Part shown: piece after piece, positions 1 through 10,959 of the stretch
How positions within the stretch are numbered: position 1 is the stretch's first letter
Layout: each line of letters starts with the position of its first letter
Assembly (NCBI RefSeq): GCF_006345805.1
Contig: NW_021832829.1
Location: 186,001-250,000 of the forward strand
Source: Octopus sinensis
Taxonomy: Eukaryota
Length of the DNA: 64,000 nt
Direction: 5' to 3'
Made by a program: the position numbers and the translations under genes
Notes under the pieces: generated by a model
Database searches by the model: none
Seen by the model: the letters and a program-made list of their open reading frames with translations, nothing else
What the model was told of the DNA's origin: nothing

Positions 1-430
1 TTCGCCTTTGGCTGTTTTATTAAGAATTCGTTCTCGATTTATGGCATATCAGTAATAATTTTTATAAAGCATCTTTGCCTTAAAAATTCTTCAATATTTC
101 CTTAAAATTTTTTCAATATGATCAAGTTGGTTTGCTCTAGGAAACCGGCCTGAAGAAATTGAGAAGTTCTTATAAGTCAGCCTCAATTCGCGTATCCCTT
201 ATCAAGTTTAAAATAACTAAGGAAAAAAATTATTCAATTAATAGATAATGTTGTTTATCGAGGAATAATCTTTATATCTCTGAATCCTTTGATAAAAAGC
301 ATACTCAACATTTAGTCTTTAGTCTCGCACAACGGACTGATTTTAAATTGATTAAAATTCTTTTTCGCAGACATTGTTTATTAGTAAATCAAAACAAGCT
401 TAAATAAAATTATCTATTCGTGCGTGTCTA

Positions 431-690
431 TACCATTTTCAGTTCAAGTTTGACATTTTTTATACCAATTTTGAAAATGCGACGTTCAATTTTGACACTT
501 TTTGCATCAATTTTGACAATGCAATAAGCAATATTGGCATTTTTTACATCGGCTTTGACAATGCGATATTAAATTTTGATACTTTTTGCATCAATTTTGA
601 CAATGCAATAAGCAATATTGACATTTTTTACATCGGTTTTGACAATGCAATATTCAATTTTGACACTTTTTAGATCAATTTTGACAAATA
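431..690. repeat. Tandem subterminal repeats (TTTTGACAATGC-type units) of the left TIR
   Basis: Many degenerate copies of caattttgacaatgc/ttttgacactttttgcat; inverted counterparts at ~1855-1903 and ~3994-4100. Confidence 0.85.
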
Positions 691-2089
691 TTTTTATAAC
701 GAACACACATAAGGACTTTTCTATGCGGCTAAATCAAGATGAGAGTTAATAAAGACAATTTATTAATCAGGTCAGGTTAATGGAATCCCAATCGTACAAT
801 TCGCAATAATTTTTTCTGCATTTCTGTAAAAATTCCGTATTTTCTCGCGAGTTAGATTTGTCATAGAATATTCTAAGGCATTTTGTAATAATAGTGCTCG
901 AAATTCCGTCAGCGTTCCATTTCCTGCTGCATGAACATCGTTATGAGGATTATTGTGATTGGATAAATATGTCTTAATCCCAGCCCTGATAATCGAAAAG
1001 CAGCCTTCGCATGGATTTAGCTGCGGAGAATATGGTGCATCAAATCTTATAATTGTATGTTCTACTCTCACGCCTTCAAAATTTCCTTGTTTTTTTTATA
1101 TATTGGAGCATTATCCATATAAATAATAATTTCCTCTCCAGCTAAACTGTCAGATAATGCCGTCATAAAATTGCAAAATTTCGATTTTATAGATCCAATG
1201 TGTGATTCAAATCTCACAATTGTTCCATTGTCATCAATTGCCAAAATAACGTTAAGATTCACTCCTTTGCTTCCCCTTACTGGAACTATCGCACGTGATC
1301 CTGTAAAGGATCGGCCGAATTTTTTTAACGTAAAAAGATTAAAATTTGTTTCGTCCAAATGTATTTTTCTATTTGTATTACGTTGATAATCCAATGAAAA
1401 TATTTTTCTTTTTTCTATATTTTCCGGACTATTCCTAGAAATTGGTTCTCTTCGCAGCATTTTGTAGGTAATCAATCGCCCATCAAATCGGTTATATATT
1501 GTCGCAATACAAACTTTATTATTTACCCATTTTCCTAATTCCTTCAATGTTATCGATGGATTATTCTCAATTGTTTCAATTATCAAATTCATATCATCAT
1601 CCGTAAGTTTTATCGTAGCATCCCTTCTACCTCCACGTTTACAAAGATAGGGATTTCCACTGTTTACAATGGCTATAGCTGTTGTCCTCTTGACACCAAG
1701 ATCGCGAGCAAGCTGTATATAATCGCCGCCCTCTTCATCCTTATTTATAAGTGCTCTTCTTGTAGCTTCTAACACTCTTGAATTTTTTCTTGACATAAAA
1801 TTCGTACAGGGACGGCGAATCAGAAAATATAAAATAAATGACAAATCGGAAAAAGTCAAAATTGATGATGCAAAAAGTGTCAAAATTGAATGTCGCATTG
1901 TCAAATTTGTTTGGAGAAAGAACGAACTGTGTCAATTTCATCTGCTAATTTAGAGCTGGACATTGGCACAATCGAAATTTCGCTCATCGAATTTTTTATC
2001 TATTAAATTTAAATGTTTAAACTACCTCAACGCGATTGTTTGATAAAATACTGATAATTTCTGCAGATGGATAATATGGAGATTCAAAC

Positions 2090-2310
2090 TTATCCAAACT
2101 CAAGATCGCTTCCGAAAAGCACTGCAGGGACCGAACGAACATCTACTCATCGCCCCATTTAATGAAATCTTGAGAAGAAACCTCGGGGCTACAGGGCCTA
2201 AAACACCACCACCGCGCCCTCACAGAAATTGTGCCGGGACAAGGGAGGAGCACCGGGGAAAGTTGAGGACCCTCCTCAGAGAAGTCGGGATCACCTGATT
2301 AATTAGTTTT
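2090..2310 (+). mobile_element. 3' fragment of a non-LTR retrotransposon
   Basis: GC-richer patch ending ...LREVGIT* followed by ttaattagtt, resembling the EAGIT*/EAGVT ends at 58.7, 21.0, 36.5 and 37.0 kb. Confidence 0.45.
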
Positions 2311-2639
2311 ATGTTTTGGACGGTGATCTTGGTTCTAATAATAATAATAAACTTATCCAGTCGCAACGAAGGATTTGTTCCAAAGTCTTTTTTAACTCGA
2401 ACCTAACATTAATTTTTATGCATACTTTATCACCAACACTAAATTCATACTTACTATTGTGAACATTCATTTTTCTGTTCATCGCTTTGTAATAATTAGA
2501 ATTAGGATCAATGGGGTTGATTTCGAACTGAAATCTTTTCGGACTTGTAAACGAATAATTACAATCATCTACATATAGAAATTCAAATTACATGAATTTT
2601 CAATTGGACTCGGACAATTGTTTGCATCATGACTCAACA

Positions 2640-3988
2640 AATCATTACTTGAATTATCTAAGGAATAATTTTATAATTACAACCATAAAATATTGTATTT
2701 CTGAGGTTTTCACAAACTTCATTTGAGGACTTAGTGTAGAGCGGCCTCGCAAATGCAAATCTATAAAATTTGTTAAAAAAACTAACCTGCTATATACGTC
2801 AATGACCGTTAAAATCCATTTAAAATTTTTATTTATAGTAGAAAAACTTTTCAGATCTATAAGATCTATCTGAAATCTTTCATTTGGGCAAGATGCAAAG
2901 ACATGGTTATTTATATCTCCAATCTAGGATTTAAAAAAGTTAAAACTTTTAAGGGTCGCGCAAATTTACAAATTTCACAGTTTCGAAGGACTTTTCGAAT
3001 AATCACATTTTTAACTGTGAAATATCGTTGTCGACATTCATATTCAATTTTGTTAACTCCTCCATGCGAGAAATCATGCAAACTTTTAGCAACGATCTCC
3101 ATTTCGGGTTCATTGTCTAGACAAATCACTAGCTTGTGATCTGAATTCGCACATTTAAGATACAATCTATACATTTACAATTTGTATGATACCTTTCATT
3201 AATTACAGTAAAATTTTCAATTTTCTTAACTAGTCTATATTTTTTTTGCTTTGTAAGATGTTCAGGAAATTTATCCTGTAAAGCATCTTTTAAAATTTGA
3301 TATTCCAAACTATTCTTTACATAACCTTTGTACGAGGACATTGCTGCAAAATATACTTGCACGCTAGAAATAACTCAAGAAATTTAGGTTTTCCACCAAA
3401 AAAAATTAATTTCTGATAATTAAATTCCTACAAATATAATTTTTTGTCAAAATGAGAGAGTCTTTAGCTAATTTAGTAAATTATTAAATGATAAGAATGA
3501 GTCGCGGTTTAATTAAAAGATTTATAATTTTTTTTTTTTTTTTTTGTCACATAAATTTAATTTATACAAACAAGACAAAAATTACAGATAGCTAAGTTAG
3601 TTAAAGGCCTCACGAGACACCCGACCAGCCGCGCGAATGGCGAAGACGTTCCCTCGGATCACAGCAATCGACAGACGTTCCAGGAGCCAAGAAAACTCTC
3701 TTGGATCGTGACTAGTCCTTGAAATCCGTCGACCGAGCGAGCGAAGGAAGCGGAGTGTCTTGGGACCGAAGATCCCGGAGGACTCCAAGGCAATTGGAGT
3801 AAAGAGCAGCGAGTTGGACAGGTGGCCGTACTTGAGAATCTTTCGCTCCTCGGCCTGCCTGGAAGCGTGCCCAGGATTGGCGGCGGACAGCGCGATTTAT
3901 AATTTAATCCCATCAATGTCATAATTGCACATTTCAAGGTCACGTCAGGTATCACGCGGCCCATAGGTATCGCGCAGCCCATGTCACA
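2640..3988 (-). mobile_element. Ginger/GIN-like integrase DNA transposon, 5' part, with three micro-introns
   Basis: Terminus TGTGACATGG at 3988. Spliced ORF MSSYKGY...LHDFSHGGVN...CEIC (HHCC)...RFQIDLIDL...VIDVYSRFAFARPL. GT-AG introns at 3167-3192, 2924-2946 and 2761-2786 restore the frame. Confidence 0.8.
3531..3893 (-). mobile_element. 5'-truncated CRE-like (RLE-type) non-LTR retrotransposon with poly(A) tail and 12-bp TSD
   Basis: ...EERKILKYGHL...PIALESSGIFGPKTLRFLRSLGRRI...LSIAVIRGN C-terminus; poly(T) on plus strand at ~3527-3545; GATTTATAATTT duplicated at 3519-3530 and 3894-3905. Confidence 0.85.
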
Positions 3989-4189
3989 CATTGTTAAAAT
4001 TGATGCAAAAAGTGTCAAAATTGAATGTCGCATTGTCAAACTTGAATATCGCATTGTCAAAATTGGTGCAAAAAATGTCAAACTTGAACTGAAAATGGTA
4101 TAGTTTGCCCGGCGAGAGACTGACGCGATCGAGAAAGAGTTAGAGCGTACTATTGCAAGAGATATCCGTTCAAAAAACCATTTTGATTC

Positions 4190-5990
4190 GCGGACATTGC
4201 CTGTTTCCTAAACATCCGCGACCCGATTTCCTAAACAAAGCTGATTGCCTTTTCTCCCAAGGAGTCGGAAGTCTCAACTGCAAACGGAAGTCTTAAATAC
4301 TTCTCCACAAGTGAAGAGTATTTCCGCATCTTTTTGCACTCAGAAGGTGTAGCGATTGATCCAGGGGCGGATGCGGACACCAGCAGGTTCTGAGGCGAGA
4401 ATGAAATCCAGTACACGTGGCGTCCCAGATAAGTGGCTTTCTTCTGTTGAAAGAAAACACAGTGATCCCGTCCGATCTCTTCCTATCTTCCCGATCGATC
4501 CCAGTGGATTCAAATATGGAGGGGATGCCGGCTACTTCCAAAGTTATTCTAATAAGGTCATTTAGTGCAGTGTGCCACGGGATACAGCCAGCACTCCGTC
4601 TATAACAGGGATTCTCAACGACCTACATATTTTAGATAACGCATTTTTAGTGTCCTTTTTCTTCCTGTTTGTTTTCAAATTGTCCGATTTAGCATTTTTC
4701 ATACGATGTCTTAAGTTATATAATTTCAAGACGCATTATATGAAACATTCTTCAGAATGTGATTTATTTCAGGTGAACCCCGGATTAATGGCTTTGTTTA
4801 CTTATAGTAAATTACAATTATTTTACAGTAAATCATTATAAAAAATCAAATTTCTATCTATGAAATCAAATTGCAAACTACAAACGACATTGTTTAAACA
4901 CCCCATGTTACTATAGCTTCCTTCAAGAAAGAACTTTACTAATCGTTTCGATAAAATATTAAACGAGAAGCAAAATCATGTATCACAAAGATTCTCGTAT
5001 TACGTAATAAAGCCTTTTTCTTTAATCAAATAAAATATTTTCTGTTTGGCCCGCAAAGATAGTCTTAATTATCGATTTGGCCCTCGAGCTAAAAAGGTTG
5101 AGAACTCCTGGTATATAAAATAAGGCGTGCAGACCAAAGCGACAAATTTTCGCCCCACAGTGGAGGAGATATGGCTCACTTAGGCGAAGATCGAGGCGTA
5201 AACAAACCCCAGTCCTAACAAACTCATTGTCCAGAAGGTTTTCAATACTTGGCAGTGGGATGGTATTTAACCAGGCACCGCTGTGGGGACGACAGGCTGT
5301 CTCAAAACATATCAAAAGATATTTGGATATCATTTTATATCAAAATACAATAAGTGGTGCAGATCGGAATAAGTTTTTCGATTCGAAAGAATTTATTAAC
5401 TCAAACCGATCGCAGTCCCCTCCCTGGCTTATCATTACCGAAATGGACAGGGGCGGCTTTTTGGATTGTTCTTTGGAATTGATGCATTTCGGTGGGCCCT
5501 GTCTTACAAGGACGAAAGACTCCACAAGTTAACAAATCGCCTCCTTCGTCTCAAGACACGCAACGCTTTCTTTTAGACGAAAAGCAGCGTACATATTTTT
5601 ACAGTATTATACACACTATGCTATTTTCTCCTCATTGTGATCTCCTATCAAACTTTGAGAAATCGCTGAAATCATCAGCTGAGTCGATCTTCAACGTGAT
5701 GATATCGTTTGGAGGGAGAAAAAACTTCCGGTGAGGTTTAAAGGAATTGGACTCAAAACCTCGCTCTCCAGACTACTTCACCTCGATCTGCAGCAGCTGT
5801 CGCCTCTTCCATCTCCCAATCCACTCAAGCAATCGAACTGGGACAAAATCTGGGTCATTGAATCATTTGACAGCCTGAAATCAGCGCCTTTTTTGGGTAC
5901 ACACCAGAAATTCGTAAAAAGCGACAATGTCAGCTCAAAACTTTTGCTTAAATAATTTATAGCCAAACTAATCTCAATCAAAACATGAAT
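4190..5990 (-). mobile_element. Degenerate CRE-like non-LTR retrotransposon (post-RT region, zinc knuckle, RLE)
   Basis: SGAWLNTIP...CLRLDLRL...GLHAL / HTALNDLIR...GIPSIFE...DGIT...LIWDATC / FAVETS motifs spread across frames. Confidence 0.8.
4606..5110. mobile_element. Non-autonomous hAT element (MITE) inserted in the CRE-like element
   Basis: TIRs CAGGGATTCTCAAC / GTTGAGAACTCCTG; 8-bp TSD GTCTATAA / GTATATAA; splits the zinc-knuckle coding region. Confidence 0.85.
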
Positions 5991-6020
5991 GTTAATATCA
6001 AAAGCACAAATAATGAAATG

Positions 6021-9000
6021 TCAGATCGTTTCAATTAACCTCGTTAGATATGCTTTGTCAACCTCAGAAAAAGCTTGAACACAAGATGCATAAACAGTCC
6101 CGTCATCCTGTGAAATTATAAAAAAAACACAGCACTCGAATCTTCTTAAGGATACTCAAACAGTGCTTTGATGCTTTCGAAGACAAATCCTGAAAAGCGT
6201 TATTCTTGAAGGCCTCCATAATAATAAAGACAATTCTAGCGAGATTGCCGGTGTTGTGTCCGAGAACACGGACGTCATTTCTAAAATGAGCAAATGCCTT
6301 AACTTTTCAACAGCCGTGCAAAAGAAGTCATAAACGAATTCGCACTCATCGGAATCCTCGTACATAGGCAACCAATTGACAAGTTGTGGCAGTATTGCAT
6401 CGGGGCTATATATTTCGTTGCAAAATTTTAGTATTTTGATCACGGCAGAAATTGCATTTTCAGTTGAACAAGCATTCTCCGACGACCGAGCGTCCGGGAG
6501 GTAGATTGCCTGGAGTATCTGGTCTTTCACGTCCGCAATGTCGCCACGATAAAACCCAGGATTATACTCGGCCATTAGTCCGAATCCATAGAAGGAGACT
6601 TGTCTGATCATAGGACAGGAATCACAACAGCCGTGCTTCATAGCGTTCATAAAATCATCTCTGTACATAGAAGATTGCTAAATCTGAGAACTGATTACGT
6701 AACCACTGCACAGTGCTTGATTAAGTTGTCCCAAATACACAGTCCATAGTGCCTCTCCATATTCGTCCGGTCTTGTCCCTACAATGATCAGAGCACTCTC
6801 ACAATCAGTCGAATGAACTGCCTCCTCATGAAATTGAAGTACGGAATAAAGTCCTGTCCGTATATTCGGAACAAGACATCCACCACTTCGTCGATTCCCT
6901 CAAGAATGTCTGAGTACTCCGAGTCCTATGACTAAATAACACAATGGCCCACCATATTTTGTATTTCATCCTCCACATATTCATCGTAGTCCTCATCTTC
7001 CCTCTTCACTAAGCATAAACACGGTACTGCAACTTCTCTGCTGCTCCATCGCCTCGAAATGACGGTCGTATAAATAATTTAGACTTTCTATCAGTCGAGA
7101 ACACATTTCGTCGGAGATGAGAGACATTTTCTGGAGGACACCAAAACACTGCTATATTTCATCTTAAAGAACCTTCGAGGAAGAAGTCAACAAAGAAGCA
7201 ATCACTGAATCATCCATTTCTTTCCTCATTCGGTCAAACAAGTCAGGCCAAATACAATTCCAAATGCGTGTAGTATAGATGGGAAATTCTTTGTGGAGAG
7301 AACATTCCAAAATATACTGGAAGGACTCCACAGAAGCTGATCTGACATCTGCAAAAGTCAGAAGTAATAGCATGCCATCATTGTAGCAAAACGACAAATT
7401 CTTGATTAGAATAGGGACTAATTCGTCAATGTACTGGATAAAATCCTCTTTGGACTGTTTGGCATATATGCAGACCATCCTGCAGGCAAGAGACTTGTCT
7501 TCCAGTCCAGTCATGCGAAAACCGATGCTCCTACCCCCTTCGTACTGCAACAGACTCCACTCTGAATCATTCTTTATGGCCTCGCTCTCATTCTCTGCCT
7601 CTGAGAAAATTGTACCTACCGTCAAAAAATTGTAATTCTGGCTGGAATGAGGCCGCATGAATCACCGGCTTCATGAAAGTGTGAATAAAACGAGAAAATT
7701 CGTGTCCAAATATCTCCGAGAATCGTGCCCAGGCTGGCATAATGTAGGACATCTAAGACTATCTTTACCTCCAACTGTACCAGTGGGTCATCCGAGGTGG
7801 GGGATGTGTCCGGAGATGCATATTTCACAAACAAGTGCATCACCTCGTCCAAATCAGGCCGGAACTACAACACCATGTCCAAACCTTACCTTATCACAAC
7901 CCACAGCCACTGCAATCAAACTAATACATTCAATCGCCTTACAACGAAGAAGAGCAAAATGACTTGCCCCAGCATTCTCCAAAATAAATTTAAGGAAGTG
8001 GACGACTCTAAGATTGAGAAGACATTTCAACTGGTAATAATCACAAAAAGCCTCCTCCGAAGCACAGGCCACTGCCGCAATACAAGTTATCATTTGCTGG
8101 AGTACTCCTACGTTGTTCGGGTTTCGTAGCAGCTGGAATGCAAGAACACATGTACATAATTGGCCTTGTTTTGCATCATCTCGATGATGGGAGGGGCTAT
8201 GTACTTGAGGTACCCCGTCATGACATTTTTGGGGGCTCCTTGGGCGAAATTGACGATTGTCACCCCCGCAGCGATTTGTACTGCCGGGACTGAAATATCC
8301 AGAATTAACGGAATCACGCAATCCACAATCTGGTGGGCATATTCCCGCTGGATGTCTCTCTCATATACTAGGCAGAGCATGGAAAACGAACTACAACAGG
8401 CAGCACGGACACGTGGATGCTACCAATTAACACCAGTACTCACAATGTCTTTAAAACACGGAGAAAAACGTTGAATTACATTGGCCAACACACTTTTGAG
8501 TTGTTTCTCACAACAGTTGGCCAATACTCCAACACAGCACAGTCCTGAATATCTTTGCCTCCAGTTTTCTAACCAATCAAAAAATACGTTTTACCCGAAG
8601 TGGCCGATTGATTAATAATTCCGCTAATCACAGGGAAACCAATTCGGGGACTAATCGCCGTGATTATTCTCTCCAGGGCATATTCCGCGGACTGGGAAAT
8701 ACTGAAAGAATAAGCCGAGGAATACCACTCCTCCTCTTCAGGCTCTCCGGAGTCATTCAAAGCCCATTCCTCGTTGTAATCCAACTCCGAAATGACCAGG
8801 AATATCTCCATGACTTCAAAGTCACCAAATATCAGTACACAAGTCAGGGATCACTTCCGCTGCCCTTTTCCGTATCATCGGGGCACAACACTCGACGAGG
8901 GTCGTCACTACTTCCAGCGATAGTTCACGGAGTCGGATTTCCTGTTGATTTCGCGGAGACAAAACCTAAATCCATAACTCAGTCTGTTTGTAACTTGAAG

Positions 9001-9890
9001 GAAGAGCACTAAAGTCTGTCGAACCACAGAACGAAAGAAATCAGGGACTGCCTCGATCAGGGAAATCAACGCCTCCACTGACCGTTGATTGGGATCTTGC
9101 CGTGTTTGTATCAATTTTGAAACACAGTTGAGAAATGGGCAAACAAAATCGGCGTACTCTTTCTGGTGGTTGGACTTGGATATGAATTTGGCGACTGCCC
9201 TTATCCCGTCGACTCGAGTCTACATGAAGACTTGAACTAACCTCCGCGTTCAAATTCTCTTCTGTTAACGACTTTAGAAAGAAAGCTCTAATTTGATCTT
9301 TCATTCTTGACTCCCACGTGTCAAAAATGGCGGGAAATGAACTGACACGTGACTATATATTGATTTACTCTATTATGAGGAGGGAGCAGTGGAATAGCTC
9401 TTCTCTATCTGCGGATGAGAACATGTACTGGATGAGCTCAACCCAAACCGAACCGTCCGATTCTGGGAGTCACAGTGAGGACAGAACCGTATATAAGTCG
9501 AGCCAGTTCTGAGATGAGTTGACAAATCTGTCTTTGTAGGGAAATATCTGCTGTTTGGTGCATGTTGGAAAGAAGAGTAGACATGACCTCCTGTCTTGTT
9601 TGCTGATTGCAGTCCATCCAAATTTCTCCAAAGTTGCTAACAAGTAGACGCCGACAAATTACGGCCGAGAATTTCCTTACCTACAAATTGAGAGATGTAA
9701 TTGTACATTTATCTCTATTTCTTTGCCTGTTATGAGATATATGAACATGGTAAATTTGTTGTAGTTTGTCATTTGTTCATAATAAGACTTTTTGTGTTAA
9801 ATTTACACTTACTTGAGCTTGCTGACGGACATTTTTGTCTGTAGAATACAAATTTAAAACAAGCTGAGTATATTGCCCCACATCAAACAT
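6021..9890 (-). CDS. IPO5: Importin-5 (karyopherin beta-3), multi-exon
   Basis: Spliced N-terminus MFDVGQYTQLVLNLYSTDKNVRQQAQ...VRKFSAVICRRLL; HEAT-repeat exons; C-terminal TENAISAVIKILK, WLPMYEDSDE and VLGHNTGNLARI motifs; many ~22-30 nt introns. Confidence 0.92.
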
Positions 9891-10072
9891 TCAATATGTA
9901 TTATAAATATTATTTTAATAATTAGTAAATCAATTTTTGAATTTTATTAAGTAAAAACAATTTATTAGCTTTAGATTAAAATCAAAATTTTACTATTATA
10001 GTCGGTAAAATTTAATCGAATTTTCAACATATTTAATAAATAAAATATTAAAGAAAATTAGATATTTTATAA

Positions 10073-10622
10073 TTAAAAATTAATTTTCCTTCGTCTTAAC
10101 TTCTGTTCCAAGTATTTAATTAAAATTCCCGACTCCTGAATAATCACAAGCTTGGTCACTCTCGATGCCCTGCCTTCTTTTCTCATCCTCAAATGATCCG
10201 GCAAATAACTGCAAAGCCGATTTAGTTCCTCGTACAAAACGTTAATGTCATTTGCCCGACTTCTATTTCTTTCAAATTGAGTTTATAACCGTTCTGGTTT
10301 CTTGTTTATTCCATCATTAAAGTTGTTTTCTTTTGCATTTTTTGATAACAGTGTCTCGTTTTGACCAGCTTCAAATTTATTCATAATTTGACAATTCTGC
10401 ATTGGGCAGCAATTTAGAATAGATTCCTCTCCGTTGTAGTAGTACCAATAGTTGTAGGGCTCGAAATACTGCCAGGAATGGCCAATCTGCTCTTCAAAGA
10501 AAGCGGCTGGCTAAATTTATATAGAAATCGACAACTCTCCCTGTAAATTCGAAATTTTCGGGATCTTGATTTGTCTCCCAGTAGGGATACGTCCATGATG
10601 AAACTAAATTATTTTGAAACAT
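10073..10622 (-). CDS. Divergent class I (E-protein/daughterless-like) bHLH protein, 3 exons (missed by the ORF track)
   Basis: Removing two GT-AG introns (25 nt and 21 nt) gives an open frame ending RANDINVLYEELNRLC...TKLVIIQESGILIKYLEQKLRRR, matching the E-protein pattern RVRDINEAFKELGRM...[23 protein letters not shown]. Confidence 0.72.
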
Positions 10623-10959
10623 AAATATACATTCGGAATAATATTGATTCTCCATTTTGTTATTTTTTGCGCAATCCTTCTTATATATAATTAGAATTAA
10701 ACCAGACGAACAAGTGCAATCAGAAATTACTTATCGATATCAATCTTGTATTTCGTCTTTACAATTTCGCTGATAATTTTGTTTTTTAAGTAAATCCACT
10801 AGACCAGACCTTTAGTTAATGAGAAACCACTCAATGGGCTCCTTAGAACTCAATTGAGTATTCCAAGAATATTAGTTCGTCTATTTCTTTATAACTTTTA
10901 AAACAATATGGATATAGTTGTTGTGGTGTGTGTGCATGTACGTTTCCAAGCAGTTAAGG

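Larger units (their letters stand above)
431..4100 (-). mobile_element. IS630/Tc1-like DNA transposon with long repeat-built TIRs; interrupted by nested insertions at ~1904-3988
   Basis: Left end TA|TACCATTTTCAGTTCAAGTTTGAC is the reverse complement of right end GTCAAACTTGAACTGAAAATGGTA|TA. Transposase on minus strand 1796->772 (frameshift ~1075) has HLDETNFN, YMDNAPI and PYSPQLNPCE motifs. Confidence 0.85.

Noticed and set aside
470-690. Regular short repeats resembling a CRISPR array or minisatellite
   Set aside because: No unique spacers; they are subterminal TIR repeats mirrored at 3994-4100.
3659-4081. 140-aa ORF beginning MTFFAPILTMRYSSLTMRH
   Set aside because: Chance read-through of TIR repeats, a Ginger end and an off-frame CRE sequence.
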